A program made the translations under genes and the position numbers. Source: Polyangiales bacterium (GTDB taxonomy: Bacteria; Myxococcota_A; Polyangia; Polyangiales; Polyangiaceae). From it: a stretch of 64,000 nucleotides of DNA. Below the pieces are notes generated by a model. That model saw only the letters and a program-made list of their open reading frames with translations, did no database searches and had not been told where the DNA came from. Positions within the stretch are counted from its first letter, which is position 1. Every line of letters begins with the position of its first letter. Location of the stretch: the NCBI GenBank assembly GCA_038231275.1, contig JBBRLQ010000011.1:1-64000 (forward strand), in the 5' to 3' direction. Positions 30,090 through 42,869 of this stretch are shown one piece after another.

Positions 30090-32102
30090 CTACCGCGTTT
30101 GCGGCGCCGTCGGCGCGGTGTCCAGCGGCGCGCCCTGGTGTGCGGGTAGATCCACGACGAAACGCGCGCCGCCTCCCGGGGCGTCCTCCACCGTGAGCGT
30201 CCCGTCCTCCTCTTCGACGATGCCGCGGGCGAGCCAGAGGCCAAGCCCGGTGCCGCCGTTCGACTCCCGTGTCGTGAAGAACGGCTCGAAGATCTTTCGC
30301 TTGTGCGCGTCGGGCACGCCGGGGCCGCTGTCGGTCACTTCGAGACGGACGCGATCCTGACGCCGGTAGGTGCGCACCTCGATGCGATGATCCTGCGGGT
30401 CCCCGGCGGGGATCGCCTGCGCGGCGTTGACGATGAGGTTGAGCACGCACTGCGCCATCCGCGCGCCGCGCACGTGGGTCAGGACGGAATCACCCAAGAC
30501 CCGATCGATCCGCGCTCGCCCCCTCGTCTCGTGCGCGGCGATGCGCAGCGCCGACGTCGCGATCTGAGAGAGGTCCACGACGTCACGCGAGCGCTCCCGC
30601 GCGAAGCCCTTCAGGTCGCGGACGATCTCGCGGATGCGATCCATCCCGTTGAGCGAGTCGTCGAGCATCGCCAGGACGTCCGCCGACTGGGCGGTCCCCG
30701 CGACGAAGCGATCGCGCAGCACCCCCAGGTTCACGGTGACGAACGCCGCGGGGTTGTTGATCTCGTGCGCGACGCCGGCCGACAATCGTCCGATCGTCGC
30801 GAGGCGATCGGCGGCGAGGAGCCGCGTGCGCATTGCGCGCTCGTCCGACAGATCGTGCACGACGTGGATGATCGCGATCTCCGCGTCGTTCGGAGACGCA
30901 GGGATGATCTCCATGCGGTACGGGTGGTCAGGGCCCGAGAGCTCGCGGACGAGATGAAGGCCCTCGAGCAGCGCGACCTTGTGGGGGCACGGGTCGTGGT
31001 CGATGCACGTCGCGAAGACCTCGGTGCACTTTCGTCCGATGGCGCCGGCGCCGAGCTCGAGGAGGAGCGCCTCGGCGCTGTTCATGCGCACGATGCGGAG
31101 ATCGCGGTCGAGCAGCGCGATCCCGTCGGTCAGTCGCTCGCTCGCCGCCTTCCACACCGTCTCGGCGCGCCGCTCCAGCTGCACCGACTCGAGGATCATC
31201 CCGCCGAAGCCGCCGAGCGTCGTCGCGAGTGCGAGCGCGCGGAACTCGTCGCCGAGCGGCTCGACGTGGCTCGAGAGGAGGCCGTACGCGCCGGCGCGCC
31301 CCAGGAGGGGCGAGAGGATGCAGCGACCGGGTAGTGCCGCGGCGAGGCGACGCGCGAGCGGACCGTCGACAGGATCGTCCAGATCGTTGTGGACGGCGAC
31401 CGACGCGCGCGTGGCTCGCGCGCGCGCCGCGGAGGAGTCCCGTACCCAATCGATGTGTAGCTCCGCGAGCGCCTCGGCGTCCCCGGTCACACCGTGGCTC
31501 GCCACGAGCCGAAGGCGGTTGGACCCTTCCGTCTCGGGCAGCCACACCGCCGCGCGCCCGCCGAGCGCACGTGCCTCCGCCCGAGCGAGCGCCTGGAGCG
31601 CCGGTGCGACCTCCCGTTCGGCGATGAGATCGGTGATCGTCGAGAGGACCACCTGCCGGTCGCGCAAATTCGCGTCGACCGCCGCCCGCGCGCGAGCCTC
31701 CGCGTCGACGAACGCCGTCACGTCGGTGAGGACGCTCACGACGAAGCGCGTCCCTTCGATGAGCTGGGGGCCGGCGTTGGGCACGACCCAGAGGATGCTG
31801 CCGTCCTTCCGCGTATGTGGCCGGCGCTCGAGGCTCACGTGCTTGCCGACGTTGGCCTGCGCGAGGTCCGAGTCGATGGAGCCCTCCGGTCGACCGTCGG
31901 CGATGAGATCGTGGATACGCTTTTGGAGCAGCTCGTCGAGCGTGTAGCCGTATTGCCGGATCGCGGCCGCGTTCGCCGCGGCAAAATGCCCGTCAGGGCC
32001 CACGACGATGATCGGGACTGCGGTCTCGGTGAAGAGGCTGCCGAGCGCGCGCTCGATGCGCTCCGCCCAAGCGCGCCTCTCCTCTTCGCTCTGCTCGCCC
32101 AC
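30090..32102 (-). CDS. PAS-GAF-PAS sensor histidine kinase
   Basis: ANAAA..QYGY PAS; AHEINNP H-box; DSGPG, FEPFFTT, GTGLGL. Confidence 0.92.
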   Translation of the reverse strand: MGEQSEEERRAWAERIERALGSLFTETAVPIIVVGPDGHFAAANAAAIRQYGYTLDELLQKRIHDLIADGRPEGSIDSDLAQANVGKHVSLERRPHTRKDGSILWVVPNAGPQLIEGTRFVVSVLTDVTAFVDAEARARAAVDANLRDRQVVLSTITDLIAEREVAPALQALARAEARALGGRAAVWLPETEGSNRLRLVASHGVTGDAEALAELHIDWVRDSSAARARATRASVAVHNDLDDPVDGPLARRLAAALPGRCILSPLLGRAGAYGLLSSHVEPLGDEFRALALATTLGGFGGMILESVQLERRAETVWKAASERLTDGIALLDRDLRIVRMNSAEALLLELGAGAIGRKCTEVFATCIDHDPCPHKVALLEGLHLVRELSGPDHPYRMEIIPASPNDAEIAIIHVVHDLSDERAMRTRLLAADRLATIGRLSAGVAHEINNPAAFVTVNLGVLRDRFVAGTAQSADVLAMLDDSLNGMDRIREIVRDLKGFARERSRDVVDLSQIATSALRIAAHETRGRARIDRVLGDSVLTHVRGARMAQCVLNLIVNAAQAIPAGDPQDHRIEVRTYRRQDRVRLEVTDSGPGVPDAHKRKIFEPFFTTRESNGGTGLGLWLARGIVEEEDGTLTVEDAPGGGARFVVDLPAHQGAPLDTAPTAPQTR

Positions 32103-32126
32103 GTATCGAGCGTACCACTGGGGCCG

Positions 32127-32504
32127 CTACTTGGTCGCGCTGCTGCAGGCGGAGGGCGACGAGCAACCGCCGTTTTGCGTGCAGTCTGCACAAGTCTGCT
32201 GGCACTGCTGGAGGCACTGCTGGAGTCTGCCGCCGCTCAGGTTGTCGCGGCAATTCGACGCGCACGAGCGCGCCGACGAGATGCACGAAGCAGACGGCGT
32301 GCACGCGGCCGAGTCTCCTTGCCCGCCGCCGTCGCCGCCTCCGCCGTCGCGCGCGCCTGCCGCGTCGCCGCCGCCGTCGCCTCCGGGAGCGACGCCCGCG
32401 TCGCCGACGATCGGATCGAAGACGTCGAAGTCGTTCGCGCAGCCGAACGCCGCCACCGAGATCGCGGCGACGAGCAGCCAACCGCCAAGACGCTCCGCCG
32501 TCAA
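32127..32504 (-). CDS. Small Cys-rich lipoprotein
   Basis: TTGA overlap with the upstream stop; AFGC lipobox; DGG linker; CxxxC repeats. Confidence 0.7.
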   Translation of the reverse strand: MTAERLGGWLLVAAISVAAFGCANDFDVFDPIVGDAGVAPGGDGGGDAAGARDGGGGDGGGQGDSAACTPSASCISSARSCASNCRDNLSGGRLQQCLQQCQQTCADCTQNGGCSSPSACSSATK

Positions 32505-33508
32505 AAGACGCCTCCGATGCCGCCCGCGGTCGGCGCCAGCACGAGGCCCGTCGAGCTGGCGGGGGCTTTCTTCGGCGAGCTCACCAGAAACAGGGTGACC
32601 CCGGCCGCCACGCCGATCAAGCCGATTACGAGGCCGACGTTGGCGATCGTCTGATCGCGCCGCCCCGCGTCGATGTCGTCTTGCCGCGACGGTGGGCACG
32701 GTCCGCCGCGGCACGCCGTCTTCAGATCTTCGAATTTGCCGTTCGACAGGGCCCCGAAGATCGCGAACGTCGCGAGGCCGGCGACGCCGACGCCTCCTGC
32801 GACGTACGAGAACGTTCGCATGCGCGCCCGGCCGGCGTCGTCGGTGGGGGCGGCCGGTGGCGCTGCGGCGACCGGCGGCGTCGTAGAGGGAGCGGCCGCG
32901 GCGTCCACCGACATGGTCTTCGTCTCGCCGGCGGCGACGTCGGCACGCTGCCGTATCGGCGCGCGTCCTGGCGTATCGACGACGATCTCGGCCCCGCCCG
33001 GCTCGACCGGTACCGCCTCGGCACGGCCGCCCGGGATCTCCTCTCCCGCCACGGTGAGCTTGGTCCCAGGCTCCGCGTGCGGGACCGTCAACGTCAAGAA
33101 GCCGAGCTTGGGCGCGAGGGCCTTGCGCTCTTCGTCGGCGCTCTCCGCGGTGCGCGCGTAGCGAGGATCCTCCTGCGCGTGCTCGCGCGCCTCCACGATG
33201 GTCCGGCCGAACTCCGAGTACGCCGCCACGAGGTGACCGAGCTCGCGGTGGCATCGCGCCGTGTAGAGCCGCGCGTTGGGGCTCGCGACGATCCCGTGCG
33301 AGCCCCGGAACTCCTCGAGCGCCGCGTCGAAGCGCCCTTGCGTGTACAGCTCGCGCCCTTTGAGGAACCGCCCTTGCGCTTGCTCGCGCTGGACCGGTGT
33401 CGCACCTCCGGGATCGACTCCGTCGGCGCGCGCAGGTGCACCCGAGGCCGCGAGCGCGAGGGCCATCGCGAGCGCGGGCAGGAGGCGTCGAGGCGATCGT
33501 GCGGTCAT
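32501..33508 (-). CDS. Secreted TPR + PEGA-like protein with Phe-terminated hairpin
   Basis: Signal peptide; GRELYTQGRFDAALEEF TPR; two hydrophobic helices; ends LVLAPTAGGIGGVF. Confidence 0.85.
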   Translation of the reverse strand: MTARSPRRLLPALAMALALAASGAPARADGVDPGGATPVQREQAQGRFLKGRELYTQGRFDAALEEFRGSHGIVASPNARLYTARCHRELGHLVAAYSEFGRTIVEAREHAQEDPRYARTAESADEERKALAPKLGFLTLTVPHAEPGTKLTVAGEEIPGGRAEAVPVEPGGAEIVVDTPGRAPIRQRADVAAGETKTMSVDAAAAPSTTPPVAAAPPAAPTDDAGRARMRTFSYVAGGVGVAGLATFAIFGALSNGKFEDLKTACRGGPCPPSRQDDIDAGRRDQTIANVGLVIGLIGVAAGVTLFLVSSPKKAPASSTGLVLAPTAGGIGGVF

Positions 33509-35395
33509 TCAGATCCCCAGCGGATCGTATTGCTTCTTGGGTTTCGGCCCCGGCGGCGGCGGACGAGGCCCCGGCGGAATCACGTTCGGGGTCGGGGTCG
33601 AGGTCGGGGTCGAGGTCGGGGTCGAGGTCGGGGTCGAGGTCGGGGTCGAGGTCGTGGTCGCGGTCGGCACGACGACCGGCTCAGGCACGGCGATGTTGGT
33701 CGCCGGGGCGGTCGGAAGGGGAGGGGGTGTCGGCTCCGCGAGCGCGCTCGGCTCGGGCATCGGGTCCGTGCCCTCCGGGGTTCGCGTCAGCACGCGAACG
33801 CCGGCCGCGACGAGGAGAAGCAGCATCGCCGCGAGCACACCGAGGACGATCCTGCGGGAACGCGCCAGTCCAGCCGCGCGCGGCGGTGAGCTCTCGATCA
33901 CCTCACCGAGCTCCCTCGCCTCCGGCATCGATGGACGTCGCGTCGGCGCGGGGAACGCTGGCGTCTCTTTGCGCGACAGATCCACCGCGAGCTCGATCGC
34001 CCACTCCTGCTGCGCGATCGCCTGAACGATCTGCGGCGCCACGCGCGTCACCTCTTCGTAGTCTTCCGGGTGGGCGACGCTGACGATGGCCGGCGTCACG
34101 GCGGGCGGGGCGGTCGCGACCGCGCGCGTCGGCGGCTTCGTGAGCGGCTTGGCGCCCGGTGGCGGCGGAGGTTTTTTGGGCCGTGCCGACAGCGGCGGGG
34201 CTGCAGCGCTGCTCGCCGGCGGGGCCGCGGTCCCTACCGTCGCCTGGAGCAGCATTCCTGCGCCGATCTCCGCGGCGTCGTCGGGCGCGCGCGCCTTCGC
34301 CGGTGCGGCTTCGGGGATCGACGCGTGTCCGACCGGCGTTCCCGGGATCGCGTCGACGAGCGCGCGCGCGAGGACGTCGCTCGGAATGGCGATCGCCGGC
34401 GTTGGCAGCGCCGCCACCTTTCGAATGTGCGCAGACGGGGGCGGGGCGAGCAGCGTCCTCCGGCGCTCGCCGATGCGATCGGTCGCCAGCTCCTTGAGCG
34501 CGCCCGCCACCGCCGACTTCAACGCGAGCCTCGCGCCCGCGACCTTTCGCACCTCCGCGGCCATCTCCGCGGCCGTCGCATACCGCGCGGCCGGATCGGC
34601 CCGGAGCGCGCGCGCTGCGATCTCTGCGAGCGGCGCCGCCCACTCGTGATCGAGTGGCGCCTGCGCGAGGTCCAGCCGATCGCTGAGCTGGCGCGGCAAG
34701 ATCCGCCCGTCGCTGTCGCCCGGAAAGAGGCGCTTGCCCGCGAGCGCCTCCCACAGCATGACACCGACGCTGTACACGTCTGCCCGTTCACTCGGCTGCG
34801 CGTCCGCGTCACCAAGCCGCACCTCCGGCGCGACGTACCCGAGCGCCTCGGGCGCGTTCCGCCCACCGAGCGCGCGGCATGCGTGCGCCATTCGGGCGCC
34901 GCCATCGAGGCAGAGGAGCACGTTCGCCGGACATGCCTCGCCGTGGATCAGCCTCCCCGGCGCGCCCCGCGCATCCTTCAGCGCGTGCAGCGCGCTCAGC
35001 GCAGCGAGGACATCGACCAGGATGCGCAGGTGGAGCACGAGCTTGAGCGGCCGGCCGATCTTGACGGCCGACGCCGTCACGACGTCGTACCGCTCCGCGT
35101 CGAGAAACTCGCTGATGACGAGCACGTCTCCCGGCAGCTCCTCGACCGCGCGTACGCGCGCGACGTTCGGATGCGCGAGCGTCGCGACGAGCTTGCCGGC
35201 GCGCACGAGCCCTTCGGCAGCGTCTTCGTTCCCCTGGCGCGGGAGGCGCTCGACCACGACGAGCTCCGTCAGCCCATCCTTCCCGCGCGAATGCGCCGCA
35301 TAGGTCGGGACACGCCGCGCGCCGAGCTCGCGCACGATCGTGAAAGCTCCCAGATTGGTCCCGCCGGCGAGCACGGGCGCGCGCGTCGCGGCCAC
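33509..35395 (-). CDS. Bitopic Ser/Thr pseudokinase with Pro/Thr stalk
   Basis: HPNV, GYVAPE and [12 protein letters not shown] retained; VAIK->VVVE, HRD->HGE, DFG absent; TM; ends KQYDPLGI. Confidence 0.8.
   Translation of the reverse strand: MAATRAPVLAGGTNLGAFTIVRELGARRVPTYAAHSRGKDGLTELVVVERLPRQGNEDAAEGLVRAGKLVATLAHPNVARVRAVEELPGDVLVISEFLDAERYDVVTASAVKIGRPLKLVLHLRILVDVLAALSALHALKDARGAPGRLIHGEACPANVLLCLDGGARMAHACRALGGRNAPEALGYVAPEVRLGDADAQPSERADVYSVGVMLWEALAGKRLFPGDSDGRILPRQLSDRLDLAQAPLDHEWAAPLAEIAARALRADPAARYATAAEMAAEVRKVAGARLALKSAVAGALKELATDRIGERRRTLLAPPPSAHIRKVAALPTPAIAIPSDVLARALVDAIPGTPVGHASIPEAAPAKARAPDDAAEIGAGMLLQATVGTAAPPASSAAAPPLSARPKKPPPPPGAKPLTKPPTRAVATAPPAVTPAIVSVAHPEDYEEVTRVAPQIVQAIAQQEWAIELAVDLSRKETPAFPAPTRRPSMPEARELGEVIESSPPRAAGLARSRRIVLGVLAAMLLLLVAAGVRVLTRTPEGTDPMPEPSALAEPTPPPLPTAPATNIAVPEPVVVPTATTTSTPTSTPTSTPTSTPTSTPTPNVIPPGPRPPPPGPKPKKQYDPLGI
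33594..33653 (-). repeat. 12-bp tandem repeat x5 encoding TSTP
   Basis: (GGGGTCGAGGTC)5 on the + strand. Confidence 0.9.
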
Positions 35396-35451
35396 GGGGG
35401 GATCATACGATCCTCGAGCGTTCGACACGAGGTGGGTTACGTACCTACGTC

Positions 35452-36531
35452 TCACTTCACGGGAAAGAGCTGCCGCTTCTGCCACGCGGGGAGGCCCCGC
35501 ATGTCCGCCCAGACCTCGCGCGGCGACGTGTAGCGAAACGCCTCTCGCCGCCGAAGCATCTTCGCGATGAGCGCGCCGAGCGGCGTCCCGATCGCCTCCG
35601 CCCGCCGCCGCGGCTCGCCCTCGGAGACTTGCTTCGTGAGCTCGGCGTACTGGAGATCTTTGTCGATCGCCGGACTGCCCACGAGCATCCAGTAGAGGAG
35701 CAGCCCCGCCTGGTAGAGATCGCTCTGCTTGGTCGTGTAGCCGGTCGCGAGGATCTCCGGCGCCATGATCACGTGGTGCACGACGTTCGGCCGGATCGCC
35801 GCCATCCCGCGCAGCTCGTGGCTGATCCCGAAGTCGGAGATCTTCACCACCGGCCGATCGTGATGCGTGATGAGCACGTTGCCGGGGTGCAGATCGTCGT
35901 GCACGACGTCGTTGTCGTGCAAAAATTGGATGGCGGCGAGCAGCTGGCGCGCGAGCTCCAGGACGAGCCCCTCTTGCATGGGCGTGCCGAGCATCGCGGT
36001 CAGCGGGTGATCGCAGCGCTCGAGCGCCAGGTAAAAGAGGTGGTTTTGCTCGAAGGCGTCGTGGATGTAGACGACGTTCGGGTGGCGCAGGCTCATGAGC
36101 CGCTGCACCTCGCGCGCCCACTCGCCGTACACCTCTTGGTACGGGCGGTTCGACGGTCGCATCATCTTCATCGCGTAGACCTGATCGAACGGTCCCACCG
36201 TCTCGTAGACGGCGCCGAATTCGCCAGCGCCGAGGACGTCGCGCACGACGTAGCTCCCTTTGGGCGACGACAGGGTGCTCCCGACCTGCGGATACTGGAC
36301 GGTGATGACCTGCGTCTGCGCCCCGGGCGCCACGAACTGCGGGCCCGTCGGCACGCGCGTCGACGGGTAGCCGGTCGACATCGGCGGCGTTCGCTGCGAC
36401 GCGGGCGCGCTCGACGGCGCGGGCGGAACGAGCGGCGAAGGGGCGGGCGCCGGCACGGGCGCGGGAGGCGATGCGGCGGGGATGACCTGCGTCTGAACGC
36501 GCTCACGGTAGTTCGGAGGACGCTCGGTCAC
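35452..36531 (-). CDS. Cytoplasmic non-RD Ser/Thr kinase with Pro-rich N-terminus
   Basis: [27 protein letters not shown]. Confidence 0.88.
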   Translation of the reverse strand: MTERPPNYRERVQTQVIPAASPPAPVPAPAPSPLVPPAPSSAPASQRTPPMSTGYPSTRVPTGPQFVAPGAQTQVITVQYPQVGSTLSSPKGSYVVRDVLGAGEFGAVYETVGPFDQVYAMKMMRPSNRPYQEVYGEWAREVQRLMSLRHPNVVYIHDAFEQNHLFYLALERCDHPLTAMLGTPMQEGLVLELARQLLAAIQFLHDNDVVHDDLHPGNVLITHHDRPVVKISDFGISHELRGMAAIRPNVVHHVIMAPEILATGYTTKQSDLYQAGLLLYWMLVGSPAIDKDLQYAELTKQVSEGEPRRRAEAIGTPLGALIAKMLRRREAFRYTSPREVWADMRGLPAWQKRQLFPVK

Positions 36532-36594
36532 GCTGGAACTGTACCGCAAAGATCCCTTCGGCCCACGCGAAAGGACATATCCTCGCGACCTAGC

Positions 36595-39345
<2,751 letters not shown>

Positions 39346-39355
39346 TGTCCGAGAG

Positions 39356-41524
39356 CTACCTAGGCGTGGGCCTCGCGCAGCGGCCGTTGATGCAGTCGAA
39401 GCCGAGCGGCTGATCGCAGCAGTCGCTCGCCTTCGTGCACTTCTCGTCCTCGTGCGCGCAGGTCGGGGGCGGCGTGACGCACACGAACGCGCCGGCGCCG
39501 CCGTCACTCGTGTCTTGCCGGCAGAAGCCGCTGCAGCAATCGCTCCCCGACGCGCATCCGTTGCCGTTCTGCCGGCACGGCTCGAGGGCCCAGAATCCGC
39601 GAAGGTTTCCTGACGCGAGCTCTTGCCCCTCGAGGAAGAAGGCAGGGTGGCTCGGATCGGCGTTGGCCGGCGCGTTGATGTCGATCGCCGCGACCCAGAG
39701 CTTCTTTCGGACGGAGTCCGACGGATCGGGATCGGTGATCGTGTTGCCGAACTTGCGCCGGCTCGTGAAGACGACCCAGTAGTAGCCGCCCTCTGCGACG
39801 GGAAGGACCGTCGGCTCGTAGTTCATGAAGATTTCGCCGGGATCCTGCAGGTACACCTTCCCGCCGAGGACGCCATTCAGGACCTTGAGCTTGGTGGCGC
39901 TCTTCGCCGCGACGTCGGCGACGAGAAGCTCGCCGGAGCCGCCGCGCCACGTCGCGTAGTCGTCGCGATCGCCGACCATGTAGACGAACTGCTTGCCGTC
40001 GGGCAGAAACGACGGCCACCCGAACGTGACGGAGTTGTCGGAGACGACGAGCGAGAGGTTCGAGAACGTGTGCGTCGGCTGGTCGAAGTCGAGCACGCTG
40101 AGGCCGGTGCCCTTGCTCTGCTCGTAGTGCATGAACGCCACGCGCTTGCCGTCCGGTGAGAACGCCGGCATGAGCGCCTTCTTAACGGCGCCGCCGAGGA
40201 TCTGCGGCTCGATGACGGTGCCGGTCTTCGTGTCGAAGAGCTTCGTGTCCAGATCGTGCGTCATGCTGACGACGTTCGGGCCGAACTCGCCGTTCGCGGG
40301 CGGTCCACCGGCCTCGGCGTCAGGCCCGGCGTCGAGCGCCGACGCGCCGCACGAGAGGAGGTACTTGCCGTCGGGCGTGAGCGCCCCGAACGCGTACGTG
40401 TTGTCGGGCTGCTGGCTCACGGGCGCCGACGGAGCGCTCGCGTCGTTCGAGATCGCGTAGACCGCGTCGTATTTGTGGCCGGCCGACGCGGTCATCGTGG
40501 TGCCGTCCGCGCTGATCGTGTGGCACACCGTGCAGCTCCCGCGCGCGGCGCCGCCGATGAGCACCTCGGGCACGCTCGCCCCAGGCTTGATGCGCATGAC
40601 CGCGCCTTGATCGTTGTTGCCACCGTCGGCGCCGCCGTCGCCTTGCGCGAGCGGCGAGTCGTACGTGTTGTAGTAGACGATGCCCTTGAGGCTCCCTTGC
40701 GCGACCGTCCATGACTCGGCGATGGGTCCGGTGATGAGCAGCGCGCCGCCTGCGCCTCCCGTGGAGGCCTTCGTGATCTCGACCTTCACCGGATCGCTGG
40801 CCTGCGCGCTCTGCGTCACGGTGGCCCAAAGAGCGGGCGTCCACGCGACGCGCAGCGGGCTATTGCCCGCGTAGAAGCCCTCGTACGAGAGGAGCTTGCT
40901 CGTGATCTTCACGTAGTACGCCGTCGCGGCGACGCCCTTGAACTGGAGCGTCGGCGGCATGAGGCCGCGCGGGAAGACGGTCTGATCGTAGGGATAGAGC
41001 CACGCGAACGTGCCGTCGGCGGTGCCGCCGCCTTTGAGCTGCCCTTGCGTTCCGGGATCGACGCCGCCGGGGTTGTCGCTGAGGTGCAGCTTGACGGTGA
41101 GCGTCGTCTGCCCCTTCACGTGACCCGCGCTCTCGGCGAACACCGTCACGACGCCTGCCGTTTGCGCGTTCGCGGTGAAGACGCCCGCGCCGTCGATCCT
41201 GCCGGCGAGCGCGCTGTCGAGGTTCCACGTCACCGGCACCGGCGAGCCGTCCAGGAGCGCCGTGAATTTCACAGTCGCGCCGGCGGCGCTGACGTCGAGC
41301 GTCGAGTCGGCGGGCTGAATGGTGAGCTTGCGGCCCGGCCCGTCCTCGAACGAGGCGTCGGCGAACGGCGGCGTCGTGCCTCCCTCGCCGATGGGGATCG
41401 ACGCGTCCTCGTTCACGAAGGCGGCGCCCGCGCCCATCGGGTCGCCGCACGCCGCGGCGATCGCGCCGCCGGCCGAAGCACAGATGAGGAGGAGACCGAA
41501 CGCGCGCGTCTTGGTCTTAGGCAT
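39356..41524 (-). CDS. Lipoprotein with Ig-like domains, CxxCH motif, TolB/PD40-like propeller and Cys-rich tail
   Basis: AAAC lipobox; WLYPYDQTVFPRG; CTVCH; PAFSPDG, WPSFLPDG; DPSHPAF. Confidence 0.82.
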   Translation of the reverse strand: MPKTKTRAFGLLLICASAGGAIAAACGDPMGAGAAFVNEDASIPIGEGGTTPPFADASFEDGPGRKLTIQPADSTLDVSAAGATVKFTALLDGSPVPVTWNLDSALAGRIDGAGVFTANAQTAGVVTVFAESAGHVKGQTTLTVKLHLSDNPGGVDPGTQGQLKGGGTADGTFAWLYPYDQTVFPRGLMPPTLQFKGVAATAYYVKITSKLLSYEGFYAGNSPLRVAWTPALWATVTQSAQASDPVKVEITKASTGGAGGALLITGPIAESWTVAQGSLKGIVYYNTYDSPLAQGDGGADGGNNDQGAVMRIKPGASVPEVLIGGAARGSCTVCHTISADGTTMTASAGHKYDAVYAISNDASAPSAPVSQQPDNTYAFGALTPDGKYLLSCGASALDAGPDAEAGGPPANGEFGPNVVSMTHDLDTKLFDTKTGTVIEPQILGGAVKKALMPAFSPDGKRVAFMHYEQSKGTGLSVLDFDQPTHTFSNLSLVVSDNSVTFGWPSFLPDGKQFVYMVGDRDDYATWRGGSGELLVADVAAKSATKLKVLNGVLGGKVYLQDPGEIFMNYEPTVLPVAEGGYYWVVFTSRRKFGNTITDPDPSDSVRKKLWVAAIDINAPANADPSHPAFFLEGQELASGNLRGFWALEPCRQNGNGCASGSDCCSGFCRQDTSDGGAGAFVCVTPPPTCAHEDEKCTKASDCCDQPLGFDCINGRCARPTPR

Positions 41525-41793
41525 GGGGAAGTCCAAATCCAACGAAGAGAGGTTGAGAAAGGGCGCTGACACGCAGGGGGGCCCATGGCCGCGCACCAGC
41601 GTCATACGCAGCTCCCGAGGTGCAACTCCCCGCGCAGGCGTTCAGGCAAACACGCTCGTCTGGATCGTGCGCGCACCAGCTCCAGCGGATCTCGACGTGC
41701 TCCTCCCGAGGGAAGTGCCGGTCTTGAGAGCGGAATTCATTCAAGAATCAAATGCCCTACATGTAGGCTCAGAACTTGTATGGCTCGAATCCC

Positions 41794-41970
41794 ATGCCCT
41801 TGGAAATTCCGAACTACGACAGCATCGTGGGTCGCGCGGTGCGTCCCATCGCCGAGGATCCGGTCCCGGCCAGTCTCCCTTCGAGGACACGCGAGATCGA
41901 CGATGGGTGGGATCTGAACCACGTCGAGCTCGACCTCGACGAGCTCGAGGAGTGCCTCTCGCGCCCCTGA
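41794..41970 (+). CDS. Small acidic hypothetical protein
   Basis: 58-aa ORF with GC3-biased codons in its 3' half; EIDDGW motif. Confidence 0.4.
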   Translation: MPLEIPNYDSIVGRAVRPIAEDPVPASLPSRTREIDDGWDLNHVELDLDELEECLSRP

Positions 41971-42040
41971 CACGCGCCGCTCCGTTTGCGTAGCCACCGA
42001 TGCGTTTGCGTCCGCGCCGTTCGTGCGCGACAACCAGCGC

Positions 42041-42865
42041 GTGACGAGCCTGAGCCCCCGCCCGATTCGCTGGACGAGCCGGCTCCTCGCGATCCTGTCG
42101 ATCGTGAGCCTGTCGGCGTGCATCCTCCTCGTCGACACCGGCACCGATCTCGGCGGCACCTGCCACATCCGCGGCGAAGCGACCGCGTGCGGCGCGTGCC
42201 TCTCGACCAAATGCCGCGCCGAGCTCGACGCATGCTGCGGCGACGGCACCTGCGCCATCCTCCTCAATACCTTGGACTCCTGCGTCGCGGATTTTTCGCA
42301 GCCCACCTGCACGCTCTTCTCGACGAAGCTGCCGGTAGCGACGACCACCACCGATCGCCTCCGCTCATGCGCGGCCGACTGCGCCCCGATCTGCGACGCG
42401 ACCCACGGCGGATCGTCGGGCAGCTCCGGCGCCTCTGGAGGCGGCCCGTACGTGACCGGGTGCTCCAGCTTCATCGCCAGCGAGTGCGACTGCTCCGGCG
42501 ATCTCGCCGCCAACGGCACCACGTGCAGCAGCGACTCGATCGGCGCCGGCGTGTGCTGCGCCGACTACGGATGGCCGAACAAGGGTCTCAGCTGCTCGTG
42601 CAAGGCGTACCGCTGCAAGGCCACCGGCGCCGACTCGTGCACGTGCGGCACCTCCGTGAGCGGCCCCGATTCGACGTGCAACGGGACCCACTGCTGTATC
42701 TTCGAGGGCTGGTGCGACTGCAGCGCGAAGGCGTGCGACACCTCGTCGAAGCCGGTCGCGTCGTGCACGAAGGCCACCGCGACGTGCCCGAGCGGTCGCG
42801 CGGTGACCTCGTGCTCTCTCAGGCCCGGCGAGACGCTCCCGCCCCTCGACGGCGGCCCGGGCTGA
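42041..42865 (+). CDS. Cys-rich lipoprotein
   Basis: LSAC lipobox; very high Cys content. Confidence 0.78.
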   Translation: MTSLSPRPIRWTSRLLAILSIVSLSACILLVDTGTDLGGTCHIRGEATACGACLSTKCRAELDACCGDGTCAILLNTLDSCVADFSQPTCTLFSTKLPVATTTTDRLRSCAADCAPICDATHGGSSGSSGASGGGPYVTGCSSFIASECDCSGDLAANGTTCSSDSIGAGVCCADYGWPNKGLSCSCKAYRCKATGADSCTCGTSVSGPDSTCNGTHCCIFEGWCDCSAKACDTSSKPVASCTKATATCPSGRAVTSCSLRPGETLPPLDGGPG

Positions 42866-42869
42866 CGCC

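Noticed and set aside
35629..36594. N-terminal extension of the 1238-aa ORF
   Set aside because: It overlaps the minus-strand kinase; the glycosidase motifs begin only after ATG 36595.
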